Origin: an uncultured bacterium
GTDB lineage: Bacteria > Verrucomicrobiota > Verrucomicrobiia > Limisphaerales > UBA8199
DNA: 64,000 nt
Assembly (NCBI GenBank): GCA_963749495.1
Contig: CAVVMW010000004.1
Span: 320,001-384,000, forward strand
Direction of reading: 5' to 3'
The notes beneath the pieces are model-generated. The model was given only the letters and a program-made list of their open reading frames with translations, did no database searches and was not told where the DNA came from. Positions 33,093 through 42,968 of this stretch are shown in pieces. The number at the start of each line of letters is the position of its first letter. The first letter of the stretch is position 1. The position numbers were made by a program, and so were the translations under genes.

Positions 33093-33836
33093 TCATAAAC
33101 CGAGCCCCAGCAGCCGTTCCACCCGCGCCACGTCCGCCGGCACGTCCACGCCCACGCTCTCGTAGTCCACCTGGACCACCCGGATGGCGATGCCGTTTTC
33201 CAGCGCGCGCAACTGCTCGAGCTTCTCCGCCGCCTCCAGCGGCGAGACCGCACACTGCACCAACCGGAGCAGCGCCGCCCGCCGGTAACCGTAGATGCCC
33301 AGGTGCTTCAAAAAAGGAAACGCCGCCAACTGGTCGTCCACCGAACCACTGGCGGCCTCGCGCACAAACGGAATGGCGCGACGCGAGAAGTATAACGCCC
33401 GCCCGCCGGCGTTGACAACGACTTTTACGACGTTCGGGTTGCCGAGTTGGGCGGGGTCTTTGATGGGCGTGGCCGCCGTGGACATCTCCTCCTGCTCGAG
33501 GGCGCAGGCGACGGCATCGATCACGGCGGGATCGATGAGCGGTTCGTCGCCCTGGATATTCACGAAGGCCTCGGCTGGGCAGCGCGCCGCCACCTCGGCA
33601 ATGCGGTCCGAGCCGCTTGGGTGGCCGGGCGCGGTCATCTCCGCCCGGCAAAACTCCTGCGCCACTTCCCAAATCCGCGTGTCGTCCGTCGCCACAATGA
33701 CCTCGCCCAGGGTCTTGGCCTGCTGGCATCGCTCGATCACGTGCCGAATCAGCGGCTTGCCCGCAATCCGTGCCAGCGGCTTGCCCGGAAACCGCGTCGA
33801 GCCGTAACGCGCCGGGATAATGCCCACGATCTTCAT
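33093..33836 (-). CDS. kdsB: 3-deoxy-manno-octulosonate cytidylyltransferase
   Basis: [22 protein letters not shown] and [12 protein letters not shown] motifs. Confidence 0.98.
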   Translation of the reverse strand: MKIVGIIPARYGSTRFPGKPLARIAGKPLIRHVIERCQQAKTLGEVIVATDDTRIWEVAQEFCRAEMTAPGHPSGSDRIAEVAARCPAEAFVNIQGDEPLIDPAVIDAVACALEQEEMSTAATPIKDPAQLGNPNVVKVVVNAGGRALYFSRRAIPFVREAASGSVDDQLAAFPFLKHLGIYGYRRAALLRLVQCAVSPLEAAEKLEQLRALENGIAIRVVQVDYESVGVDVPADVARVERLLGLGL

Positions 33837-33994
33837 GGCGCCCGTTATAGCCAACGCAATTGCGGATTGCACGGACGGAAATCGGAAAGCCGACATGGAA
33901 AAATTGACTGTTGCACAGATCCCCGGGCGCATCTGACCTTTGTCGGCCCTCGGCAAACCAGGCAATTGGAGCGCGGCGTCGGGAAGCCCGCAAG

Positions 33995-34082
33995 GTTTTG
34001 GACTGCGCCAGCCCTCTGGCGCTTTCGCATCCCCAGGGCCCGAAAAGCGGCAGAGGACTGCCGCAGTCCAAAACGCTTCGCG
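33995..34082. repeat. REPIN-like doublet, family C
   Basis: GTTTTGGACTGCGCCAGCCCTCTGGCGCTTT ... AAAGCGGCAGAGGACTGCCGCAGTCCAAAAC. Confidence 0.88.
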
Positions 34083-34201
34083 ACTTCGGACGCACGCTCC
34101 AACCGCCCGGTTCGGCCGGGCTCGACAAAGATGAGATGCGCCCCCGGCTCCCCATGGCGCAACAAGCGGCGTGACTTTCCGCCCGGGCGGGTGTCTAATC
34201 G

Positions 34202-34834
34202 GTGGTGAGCATACTCGCAACCATGCCGCGGGCCGAACCAAAGCGCGCAGACCGGGACGAGGGCGCCGGGAGGACGGCGCCAGGGCCCGGGGCGCGGGCC
34301 TGCGGGCCGCAGGCCGGGTTGGAGCCGGAGGATTCCGAGTTTGGCGCCGTCTATACCGGGCACAGCCGCGCGATTTACTACCTGGCGCTGCGGTTGCTGG
34401 GTGATCCCCAGAAGGCCGAGGATGCCACGCACGACGTGTTCCTCAAGGCCTTCCGCAAGATGGAGGGGTTCCGCCGGGAATCGAGCTGGCGGACCTGGCT
34501 CTACCGGATTGCCATCAACCACTGTCACAACCTGCAAGCGGCCTGGCACGACCGGCACATCTTCGCCGGCGCCGGCGACGCCATCTGGGAGACGACCCCG
34601 GCCAGGGCGGATTCGCCCCTGCGAGTGCTCGAGACCAAGGAACTGGGCCAGCGCATCCAGAAGGCCCTGGATGGACTGCCCGCCGAATACCGGCTCCTGC
34701 TCCTGCTGGTGGCCGACCAACAGTTGAGCTACGACGAGGTGGGCGCGCTCACCGACCAGACGCCCGATGCAGTGCGTGGCAAGCTGCACCGAGCCCGCAA
34801 GGCCTTTGCCGTTTTGTTCGAAAAGACCGCTTGA
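34202..34834 (+). CDS. ECF sigma-70 factor
   Basis: AEDATHDVFLKAF, TWLYRIAIN and SYDEVG...VRGKLHRAR motifs; start uncertain. Confidence 0.93.
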   Translation: MVSILATMPRAEPKRADRDEGAGRTAPGPGARACGPQAGLEPEDSEFGAVYTGHSRAIYYLALRLLGDPQKAEDATHDVFLKAFRKMEGFRRESSWRTWLYRIAINHCHNLQAAWHDRHIFAGAGDAIWETTPARADSPLRVLETKELGQRIQKALDGLPAEYRLLLLLVADQQLSYDEVGALTDQTPDAVRGKLHRARKAFAVLFEKTA

Positions 34835-34837
34835 GCT

Positions 34838-35074
34838 ATGAAACGCCAGTTCCAGTTCGATTCCCGGCAGCAGCAGGACGCTCAGGGAGAGCAGCAGCAA
34901 CACTCGCAGCAGCAATCCGCCCCCCTGGAGTTTGCCAGCGCCGAGGAGTTGCTGCGGCATGACGCCCTGCACACCCCCGTGCCGCCCAGCATCGGGCGGC
35001 GGTTGCAGGAATCGCTGGCCCGGCTGCCGGCCCCGAGGCGGGCCTGGTGGCGGCGGCTCTTTGGGTGCCTATGA
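34838..35074 (+). CDS. Small Gln-rich hypothetical protein
   Basis: 78-aa ORF coupled between the sigma factor and the ATPase; ends WWRRLFG. Confidence 0.7.
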   Translation: MKRQFQFDSRQQQDAQGEQQQHSQQQSAPLEFASAEELLRHDALHTPVPPSIGRRLQESLARLPAPRRAWWRRLFGCL

Positions 35075-36597
35075 GCTTTCGATGCGAGCTGGAGACGCTC
35101 ATCCGGGCGCGCTACCCGATCCTCTACCTGATTAGCAGCGAGGAGATGCGGGTGCAGAACCTGGTGGTCGAGATTGCCCGCAAACGCCAGAAGAAGGTCT
35201 TCGAGTGGAGCTTCAGCACCGGCATCGTTCCCGCCGGCACCTCCATCCAGGCCCAGAAAGTCCGCAATGCCGCCACCAAGGACCCCCTGGCGGCCCTGGA
35301 CCAGGTCATCGAGCAGGTCGAGCCCGCCATCTTCATTTTGAAGGACTTCCACCCCTTCCTGGGCAAGGGCAATTACGCCGTCATCCGCAAACTCAAGGAG
35401 ATCGCCCTCCATCTCAAGAACAGCCACAAGACGGTCATCCTGGTTTCGCCGCTCATGGAGATCCCAACCGAGCTGGAGAAGGAGATTACGGTGCTCAATT
35501 ATCCCCTGCCGGGGCGGGAAGACCTGGCGGAGTTGCTGGACCGGATCGTGAGCGACCTCAAGGAGTTCAAGCACGTGAGCATCGAGCTGGACCCCGAGGG
35601 CCGGGAGCGCCTCTTGCAGGCGGCCCTGGGCCTGACGCTCGGCGAGGCCGAGAATGTCTTTGCGAAGATCATCGTGAAGGAAGGCCGGCTCAGCGGCGAG
35701 CACATCGGCGATGTCTTTGCCGAAAAGCAGCAGATCATCCGCAAGAGCGGGCTCCTGGAGTACTACGCCGCCAGCGAGACGTTTGCCGAGGTGGGTGGCC
35801 TGGCGGTGCTCAAGGACTGGCTCAACAAGCGCGCCCTGGCCTTCTCGGCCGAGGCGCGCGCCTTCGGGCTGCCGGCCCCCAAGGGCGTGCTCCTGCTCGG
35901 CGTTCAGGGGTGCGGCAAGAGCCTCTGCGCCAAGGCCATCTCCACCCAATGGCAACTGCCCCTGCTCCGCTTCGACATGGGCCGCATGTTCAACAGCTTC
36001 ATCGGCTCCTCCGAGGAAAACGTCCGCCGCGCCATCGCCGTGGCCGAATCGGTCGCCCCCGCCATCCTCTGGGTGGACGAGATCGATAAGGCCTTTGCCG
36101 GCTCGCAGGGCTCCGGCGCATCCGACGGCGGCACCACGGCGCGGGTCTTCGGCACGTTCCTGACCTGGCTCTCGGAAAAGCAGGCCCCGGTCTTCGTGGC
36201 CGCCACCGCCAACGACATCTCACAATTGCCGCCCAAGTTGCTCCGCAAGGGGCGCCTGGACGAGATCTTCTTCGTCGATCTGCCCGCCCCCGAGGAGCGC
36301 CTCGAGGTCTTCCGCATCCACCTCCACAAACGCGGGCGCGACCCCGCCGGCTTCGACCTGCTGGCCCTGGCCAAGGCCAGCCGCGATTTCAGCGGCGCCG
36401 AGATCGAGGAGGCCATCAACAGCGCCCTCTACGATGCCTTTTATGCCCGCGAGCAACTGGGCGCCGGCCATGTCCTGACCGCCCTGGCGCAGACGGTGCC
36501 GCTGGCCAGGACCATGGCCGAGCAGATCAGCCACCTGCGCGCCTGGGCCGAGGGCCGCGCCCGCTACGCCAGCGTCCCGCGCGCCGCCGCAACGTGA
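35071..36597 (+). CDS. Ycf46-like AAA+ ATPase
   Basis: LIRARYPILYL, LKDFHPF, GVQGCGKS, WVDEIDK and RKGRLDEIFFVDLP motifs. Confidence 0.92.
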   Translation: MSFRCELETLIRARYPILYLISSEEMRVQNLVVEIARKRQKKVFEWSFSTGIVPAGTSIQAQKVRNAATKDPLAALDQVIEQVEPAIFILKDFHPFLGKGNYAVIRKLKEIALHLKNSHKTVILVSPLMEIPTELEKEITVLNYPLPGREDLAELLDRIVSDLKEFKHVSIELDPEGRERLLQAALGLTLGEAENVFAKIIVKEGRLSGEHIGDVFAEKQQIIRKSGLLEYYAASETFAEVGGLAVLKDWLNKRALAFSAEARAFGLPAPKGVLLLGVQGCGKSLCAKAISTQWQLPLLRFDMGRMFNSFIGSSEENVRRAIAVAESVAPAILWVDEIDKAFAGSQGSGASDGGTTARVFGTFLTWLSEKQAPVFVAATANDISQLPPKLLRKGRLDEIFFVDLPAPEERLEVFRIHLHKRGRDPAGFDLLALAKASRDFSGAEIEEAINSALYDAFYAREQLGAGHVLTALAQTVPLARTMAEQISHLRAWAEGRARYASVPRAAAT

Positions 36598-36644
36598 GGA
36601 GCGCGGACGAGGCGTCCGCGTGGGTCATGCTGCGCTTGCGTGTC

Positions 36645-36760
36645 AATGAAGGCTACGCAACCTGCATCCCTCGCATGTCGAGATCGACGAAATCTGGACT
36701 TTCGTCCATTGCAAAAAGCAGAACATGACTGAGGATCCCAACGCCACCGGCAACATCACC
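36645..36760 (+). mobile_element. IS1-family transposase remnant
   Basis: Translates LRNLHPSHVEIDEIWTFVHCKKQN, matching the IS1 InsB-type DExWxFVxxK motif. Confidence 0.6.
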
Positions 36761-36957
36761 CCCCCGGTGGCGGCCCGGCGTGCCGAGCATGTCTGGACGG
36801 TTGAGGAGTTGCTTTTGCATTCCAATTAGAACCCCCTGTCTTGTGACCGTTGACAGACTGTACACCATTGGGTGTGTACTAAGGCACAAGGTGTCGGGAT
36901 ATTGGAAATCAGGTATTGACGGTTGGCGTCCTGGCGTGATATTGAATTCAGGTGATT

Positions 36958-37212
36958 ATGCCTACGCTGGATAAAGAATTAAAGTTTTTTGAGACGAAAA
37001 AAGGTGATCTGGTGAGGGTTCACCCAGGTAAATTCGTTCTCATCAAAGGGCACGAACTGCTTGGTGTTTTTGATACGGCGGACGCTGCTGTCTCCGAGGG
37101 AGCAAGACGTTTTGGGGCTGATTCTTTCCTCGTTCGTCAGATCAACGCATCCGAGGAGAATGTTTACATCCCGGCTCTTGCGCTCGGATTGCTGTATGCC
37201 AATCCTGCATAG
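36958..37212 (+). CDS. Small DUF5678-like protein
   Basis: LDKELKFFE...HPGKFVLIKG...GVFDT...A...G...FLVRQI; AT-rich; overlaps the protease gene. Confidence 0.65.
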   Translation: MPTLDKELKFFETKKGDLVRVHPGKFVLIKGHELLGVFDTADAAVSEGARRFGADSFLVRQINASEENVYIPALALGLLYANPA

Positions 37213-37672
37213 CCAGTTTGCCGGAAAAGGAAAAACTCCAGACGGAAAAGAGGTGGCGATTCCGCCGCCTGTGTGTTTGCAGCAGCGCGGTCCTTGTGTT
37301 CCGGTTTCGGTACACTTGGCGGACCAAGTTGCGGCGGAATTGGTTAAACGAAAGGAGGCTGTCCCGTCTCCCGTTTCTGGACTGGCCTTGATCAATACGG
37401 GGGCTGCGTCAACTTGTGTTGATGAGGAAGCGGCCATCCAAATGAATTTGCCTGTTGTAAACGTGGTGGATATGGCTTCTGCATCGCACGCTTTGCACAA
37501 GGCCAAACAGTACCCGATTAAGATACAGATCACCGGATTTCCCATCAGCTTCAACGCCCTAAATGCCGTGGGGGCTCCGCTCAAGGCCCAAGGATTAACG
37601 GCGATAATTGGTCGCGATCTGCTGATGCACTGCACTCTTATTTATAATGGGGGGACAGGACAAATTACGTAA
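37196..37672 (+). pseudogene. Retropepsin-like aspartyl protease interrupted by IS66; last codons lie at 40092-40104
   Basis: ALINTGAASTCVD (DTG motif with D->N) and IIGRDLL; removing the IS restores GQITLCI*. Confidence 0.8.
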
Positions 37673-37776
37673 CTACTCAGGTCCGAGCGGGGCCGGGTGA
37701 ACAGCGGCGGAGAGAGGCCGCAAAATACTTTGATTTTGTACGGGACTCCCCCAAATCCACCTGGTAATCTGGGCGC

Positions 37777-38664
37777 GTGCTCGAAGCCGAAATCATTCAA
37801 GGCCGCAAAATCAGTAACGTCCAGATCGGCGAGATTAGGGCCTTGATTGAGGCCCATCCGCTTTGGAGCCGCTGGCGCTTGTCGCAGGTGTTGGCTCAGC
37901 GATGGCAATGGTATTCGGCCTCCGGCCAGCTCAAAGACATGGCGGCTCGGACGCTGTTACTCAAGCTGCAGCGGCGCCAACTCATTGCACTGCCGGAACG
38001 CCGGCGAATGCCGGTTGGACGAGGTCCGCTGCTGAGTCTCAAGCTTTTTGACTCAGTGGTTCCTGAGCCGATCCGGGCGGACTTGTCTTCGCTGCTGCCC
38101 CTGGAGGTGCAAGTGGTCCGCCCCAGGCATCCGGACTATCCTCGGTTTCAGCGGTATTTGGCCCGGCACCATTACCTGAGCTATGGCGGCCCAGTTGGGG
38201 AGAACCTGGGCTATTTGATTAGGAGTTGCGCGGGAGCGGATCTGGCGTGCCTGCTCTTTGGAGCGGCGGCCTGGCAGTGCGCGCCTCGCGATCGGTGGAT
38301 CGGTTGGTCGGCCCAGCAACGGGCTGCCGGCTTGCCGTTGATCGCCAACAATAGCCGGTTCCTGATTTTGCCTTGGGTTGGAGTCCAGCGTCTGGCCAGC
38401 CACATTCTTGGTCGAATCGCCCAGCGGATCGATGCCGACTGGCAAGCGCGCTACCATCATCGTCTTTACCTGCTGGAGACCTTTGTGCAACCGGACCGCT
38501 TCCGGGGCACCGCTTACCAGGCGGCCAACTGGATTCGGGTGGGCCAAACCCGCGGACGAACCCGCCAGAATGAGCGGCACCGGGACAATCAGGTCCATGC
38601 GCCTTGCAAGGACATTTACCTTTATCCTTTAACTGCAGATGTGCCTGGCCAACTCTGTGATTAA
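37777..38664 (+). CDS. DUF4338 (DruA-like) protein
   Basis: YLARHHYL, ACLLFGAAAW..APRDRWIGW, NNSRFLILPW, LASHIL, LLETFV...GTAYQAANW..VG.T.GR and KDIYLYPL motifs. Confidence 0.88.
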   Translation: MLEAEIIQGRKISNVQIGEIRALIEAHPLWSRWRLSQVLAQRWQWYSASGQLKDMAARTLLLKLQRRQLIALPERRRMPVGRGPLLSLKLFDSVVPEPIRADLSSLLPLEVQVVRPRHPDYPRFQRYLARHHYLSYGGPVGENLGYLIRSCAGADLACLLFGAAAWQCAPRDRWIGWSAQQRAAGLPLIANNSRFLILPWVGVQRLASHILGRIAQRIDADWQARYHHRLYLLETFVQPDRFRGTAYQAANWIRVGQTRGRTRQNERHRDNQVHAPCKDIYLYPLTADVPGQLCD

Positions 38665-40075
38665 AGACCGCAACGGGCTCATGGCGTTGGGCCGGGCCGA
38701 CTTGGCTGGATTGGTCAACTACACTTTGGAGTTACAAGCCGAGAATGCCCGCCTGCGGGACGCGGCCTCCCAGAATAGCGGTAACAGTTCGCGCCCTCCT
38801 TCCACGGACGGCCCCGAAAAGCCCAAACCCAAGAGCCTGCGAAAAAAGTCCGGGCGCCCCTCCGGCGGTCAACCCGGCCATCCCGGTCGCACCCTCCAAC
38901 CCAGCCAAAAGCCCAAGCACATCCAGATTCATCCGCTGCTGGAGTGTGGGTGCGGCGAGGATCTTTCCCAGGAACCGGCGGTGGATTTTGAGCCTCGCCA
39001 AGTCTTCGACTTGCCCACGCTGACCTTGGAATGCACCGAGCATCGAGCTGAAATCAAAGAGTGCCCCATCTGCGGGCGAACCTGCCGGGCTGATTTTCCG
39101 CTCGACATTAAAGCCCCGGTCCAATACGGGAAGAACTTTCGCGCCTTGCTGACCTACCTCTACGACGCCCAAGAGGGGGCCAGCCGCCGCATCCGCGAAA
39201 TGGGCCAGGAGATGTTCGGCTTTGCCGTCAGTGAAGGCACCCTGCAAAGCGCTCGCCAAGAACAATACCAGGGGCTGCAACCTTTTGAAGAGCGCCTGGT
39301 GGAAATCCTGCCCCAAGAACCCATTCTCCACGGCGACGAAACCAGCGTGCCCATCAACAAGGTCACCCATTGGCTGCACGTCATTTGCACGCCCCTGCTG
39401 ACGTTTTTGAGCGTCCAACTCACCCGAGGCAAAGAGGCGATGCAAGCCATGGGCGTCATCCCCCGATTCAAGGGTTGGTTGATGCATGACTTCCACGCCA
39501 GCTACTTAACCTTTGAGAACTGCCTTCACACCTTCTGCAAAAGCCACCTGATGCGCGAATTGGTGTTCCTCTTTGAGCAACACCACCAACAATGGGCCAA
39601 AGACCTTTACGACCTCTTCCTGGAGATGTTGAAGTGCGTCAAGGATCGAAAGGCTCGGGATGCACCCTTGACGCCAGCCGAGGTGGACCGGTGGTATCAG
39701 CAATACAGGAAGGTAATACGCGCTGGCCGCCAAGCCAATCCGCTCACCCCGGAGCAAATGAAGAAAAAGCGCCCCAAGCAATCCAAAGAACAGAACTTAT
39801 TGGATCGGCTCCAGGGCTGCGATGAATGCATTCTGGCATTCCTGTCGAACTTCACATTGCCCTTTACCAACAACGAAGCCGAACGCGACTTCCGCATGAT
39901 CAAGGTCCGGGTGGAGATATCTGGCTGCTTTCGCACTCTGGAAGGCGCCCGTTGTCACGCACGCATCCGTAGTTACATCGCGACCCTGCGCAAGCACGGC
40001 CTGCCGGTGCTCGAACACCTCCGCAACACCCTCGACGGTCATCCCTTTCTGCCGGTGGGATCCAAAACGCCCTGA
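38639..40075 (+). CDS. IS66 family transposase
   Basis: NSGNSSRPPSTD, GGQPGHPG, Zn-finger Cys pairs, HGDET, LMHD, CKSHLMREL and FTNNEAERDFR motifs. Confidence 0.95.
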   Translation: MCLANSVIKDRNGLMALGRADLAGLVNYTLELQAENARLRDAASQNSGNSSRPPSTDGPEKPKPKSLRKKSGRPSGGQPGHPGRTLQPSQKPKHIQIHPLLECGCGEDLSQEPAVDFEPRQVFDLPTLTLECTEHRAEIKECPICGRTCRADFPLDIKAPVQYGKNFRALLTYLYDAQEGASRRIREMGQEMFGFAVSEGTLQSARQEQYQGLQPFEERLVEILPQEPILHGDETSVPINKVTHWLHVICTPLLTFLSVQLTRGKEAMQAMGVIPRFKGWLMHDFHASYLTFENCLHTFCKSHLMRELVFLFEQHHQQWAKDLYDLFLEMLKCVKDRKARDAPLTPAEVDRWYQQYRKVIRAGRQANPLTPEQMKKKRPKQSKEQNLLDRLQGCDECILAFLSNFTLPFTNNEAERDFRMIKVRVEISGCFRTLEGARCHARIRSYIATLRKHGLPVLEHLRNTLDGHPFLPVGSKTP

Positions 40076-40307
40076 GTAGTTACCAAATTACTCTCTGCAT
40101 ATAACTTTTCCCGGCCTCACCTTCCACCTTCCTAATTGGCCGCGGGGCCGAGCCCGACTAGTCCGCCGTCAAGACGCAAGCGCACCATGACCTCCCGGTG
40201 TGGCTCGTCGCTGGGGACGTGCGGACAAGGCGTCCGCGCTCCGATAAATGCAGGACGCCCCAGGTTTTGCTGGTCTCCGTGCCGCGGCCGTGGCATAACG
40301 CTCTTCC

Positions 40308-40844
40308 ATGAATACGAACCTGTCCCCTATCCGAACTGTCCTGGGCATCCTCACAATACTGGCTCTGGCGCCCGGCGCGCGCGCCGCCGAGAGCGAGTTC
40401 TCCAAACCGGTCATTGACATCGGCATCGTGGTCAAAGACGCCGGACGCACCGCCCGGTTCCTCACCAACGCCATCGGCTTCAAAGAAGTGCGCGGGTTCC
40501 CCGTCACGGCCGACCTGGGCAAAAAGATCGGGTTGATCGACAGCCACGCCACGGACGTGCGGGTCTTTGTGCTCGAAGGGGCCGAACCGGCCACGCGCAT
40601 TAAAGTCCTCTCTTTCCCGGAGGCGCCGGGCAAGCAGGCCGACCAGGCCTTCATCCATTCCACGCTCGGCATCCGTTACCTGACTCTCTACGTCAAGGAC
40701 ATGGACCGCGCGCTGGAGCGGCTCAAGCAGGCGGGCGTGTCGCCCCTGGGCGAGACCCCGCTCGAGGTCGGTGGCGGCACCTGGCTGGTCGCAGTCAAAG
40801 ACCCCGATGGCAATTTCATCGAGCTGCTCGGCCCCCGGCGCTAG
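40308..40844 (+). CDS. Secreted VOC (glyoxalase-like) family protein
   Basis: Signal peptide, IDIGIVVKD, YLTLYVKD and KDPDGNFIEL motifs. Confidence 0.88.
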   Translation: MNTNLSPIRTVLGILTILALAPGARAAESEFSKPVIDIGIVVKDAGRTARFLTNAIGFKEVRGFPVTADLGKKIGLIDSHATDVRVFVLEGAEPATRIKVLSFPEAPGKQADQAFIHSTLGIRYLTLYVKDMDRALERLKQAGVSPLGETPLEVGGGTWLVAVKDPDGNFIELLGPRR

Positions 40845-40890
40845 CCGGGATGTTTTATCGTTTGAAAGCGGCGTCGGGCTTCCGATGCTG

Positions 40891-41009
40891 CGTAGCGCAG
40901 GTTTCCAACCTGCTGTATCGCCGACTTCCAGTCGGCAGGGTGTCGCATGTAGGCGAGGCGCCCGCAGGTTGGAAACCTGCGATACAGCAGATTGGAAATC
41001 TGCGCTACG
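40891..41009. repeat. REPIN-like element, family F
   Basis: CGTAGCGCAGGTTTCCAACCTGCTGTATCGC ... GCGATACAGCAGATTGGAAATCTGCGCTACG inverted pair. Confidence 0.88.
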
Positions 41010-41156
41010 CCTTCCGGCTGGCGAAACCTGTACCACTCTCTGTCAACTTCTTGTTTTTTTGAAAGAAGTTTTGGTTGCGGCTCTGCCGCGCTGGGAAATA
41101 TGCGGGCTAGGCCTTTCCCGCTCGCAAAGGAACAGGAGGAAACAGAGGAAACGGAG

Positions 41157-41195
41157 ACTCATTCGTCATTCGTCATTCGTCATTCGTCATTCCTC
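41157..41195. repeat. Heptamer microsatellite (ATTCGTC)4
   Basis: Read directly; overlaps the HDAC stop codon. Confidence 0.9.
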
Positions 41196-42264
41196 ACTCC
41201 GCCCCTGTTCCATCAGTTCGCGCACGTGCGCCTCCGCTGAGGCCGCCAGGGCCTGGAGGTTGTAGCCGCCCTCCAGGACCGAGACCAGGCGATTGCGGCT
41301 GAACCGGGCGGCGATTGCCTTCACCCTGCGGGTCAATTCCGCGTACCCTGACGGCGTCACTTTCATCCGCCCCAGCAGGTCTCCCTGGGCGGCATCGAAG
41401 CCGGCGGAGACCAGCACGAAATCCGGCTCAAAGCCCGCCGCCGCCGGTTTGAGCTTCTCCTCAAAGGCCCGCCGGTACTCGGCGTCGCCACACCCCGCCG
41501 GCAGCGGCACGTTGCAGGTAAAGCCCAGGCCCTTTCCTCGTCCTTTCTCCTCCGCGCTGCCGGTCCCCGGGTAAAACGGGGATTGGTGGACCGAGAAGTA
41601 GAACACGGTCGGGTCTTCATAAAAGGCCGCCTGGGTGCCGTTGCCATGGTGGACGTCCCAGTCCACAATCAGCACCTTGGCCAGCTTGTGCCCTTTCTGG
41701 ATGTGGCGCGCGGCAATGGCCACGTTGTTGAAGAGGCAGAATCCCATGGCCCGGTCCTTGAGCGCATGATGGCCCGGAGGACGCACGGCGCAAAAGGCAT
41801 TGCGGATCTCGCCTCCCATGACGGCATCGATGGCGCCCTGCACGCCCCCGGCCGCCGCCAGCGCCACTTCATAAGAGCCGGTCGAGGCGGGCGCGTCCGG
41901 CGTGTCCACATAGCCTGTTCCGGCCCGGCAGCTCTGCCTGACCCGCTCGACGTATTCCGCCGAGTGGACCGCCGTAATCGATTCCATGGACGCCGCCGCC
42001 GGCTTGAGCCTGGCCAGCTTGGGCAGCAACTCCGCCTGCTTCAATCGCTCCACGATCGCCGTCAGCCGCTCAGGCCGCTCCGGATGCCCCGCCCCCGTGT
42101 CGTGCCTCAGATAGATCTCGTCGTAGAGAAATCCGGTGCGGGCCGCGGCCCGCGTTCTCGGTCTTCACGCGGGCTGTTTGCGCCCGGAGCGCGGCCGCCC
42201 AGGCCCCGATCGCCGAGAGCAGGAACAGCCGCCTGGAGGATAGGTGAAATAAACCGGTGTTCAT
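41187..42264 (-). CDS. Histone deacetylase family protein with an N-terminal export-signal-like leader, frameshift near 42140-42160
   Basis: HPERPER, RPPGHHA, GFCLFNN, DWDVHHGNGTQ, SAGFDA and LEGGY motifs. Confidence 0.93.
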
Positions 42265-42369
42265 ACTGAGAGTGTAGAGCCGGAATACTCGTAGAGGAAG
42301 GAAGAACGATACGGAACCCGAGGCGGGTCCGGATGGGGGACGAAAACCCCGCGCGTGCCGGGACCCTCT

Positions 42370-42690
42370 GTCACCGCGCAGCGGTGCCTGATGGTAGCCG
42401 TGGACTTCAGTCCACGGACACCCGGCCCGGGATAGACAGGGTCGCGTAGCGACGCCTGAAAACGGAATGCGATCCGGGGGTGCGAAGCCCTCAAGCGTCG
42501 CTACGCGACGCGCGGTCCTTCTAACGCCCTAAACCGTGGACCAAGGTCCACGGCTTACCTTCACTGCGTCGCTGCGCGACGCGCGCGCTGGGTCCGGCTC
42601 ACCGCGTAGCGGTGCGCGATGGTAGCCGTGGACTTCCAGTTTACGGACTCATGGCCCAAGCTCGAACGCGTCGCGCAGCGACGCCGGAAA
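42370..42690. repeat. REPIN-like family A element plus an additional half copy
   Basis: Reverse-complement homologue of 7973-8194; second TCACCGCG.AGCGGTG..GATGGTAGCCGTGGAC arm at 42599. Confidence 0.88.
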
Positions 42691-42749
42691 ACCGCGAGGC
42701 CGTCAAGCGTCTGCTTGACCTGCGGATCATCTTCAGGTAAGCATTGATT

Positions 42750-42968
42750 ATGAGCGTGGCCACAGAGGAAATCATTCGCGTTTGCGAGGCCCTTCCACCC
42801 GACAAGCAGACCGAAGTCGCCGATTTCGCGCGTTTCCTGCTCGCTCGTCAGGACGAGGCTGCATGGGAACGCATTATAGCCGAGCGAATGCCTCGGCCGC
42901 GCCTGGAGGCCTTCCTGGGCGAATCGGCTGCCGAAGGTGACGAGCCCCTGGAGCTGGATCGCCTGTGA
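42750..42968 (+). CDS. Antitoxin (DUF2281-like)
   Basis: ALPPDKQTEVADFARFLL; GTGA overlap with the toxin gene. Confidence 0.75.
   Translation: MSVATEEIIRVCEALPPDKQTEVADFARFLLARQDEAAWERIIAERMPRPRLEAFLGESAAEGDEPLELDRL

Larger units (their letters stand above)
37669..40083 (+). mobile_element. Complete IS66-family element carrying a DUF4338 gene
   Basis: Terminal IRs GTAACTACTCAGG / CCTGAGTAGTTAC; 8-bp TSD CAAATTAC at 37661-37668 and 40084-40091. Confidence 0.95.

Noticed and set aside
37777..38664. Complete Druantia system
   Set aside because: No DruE helicase or other dru genes; the gene lies inside IS ends
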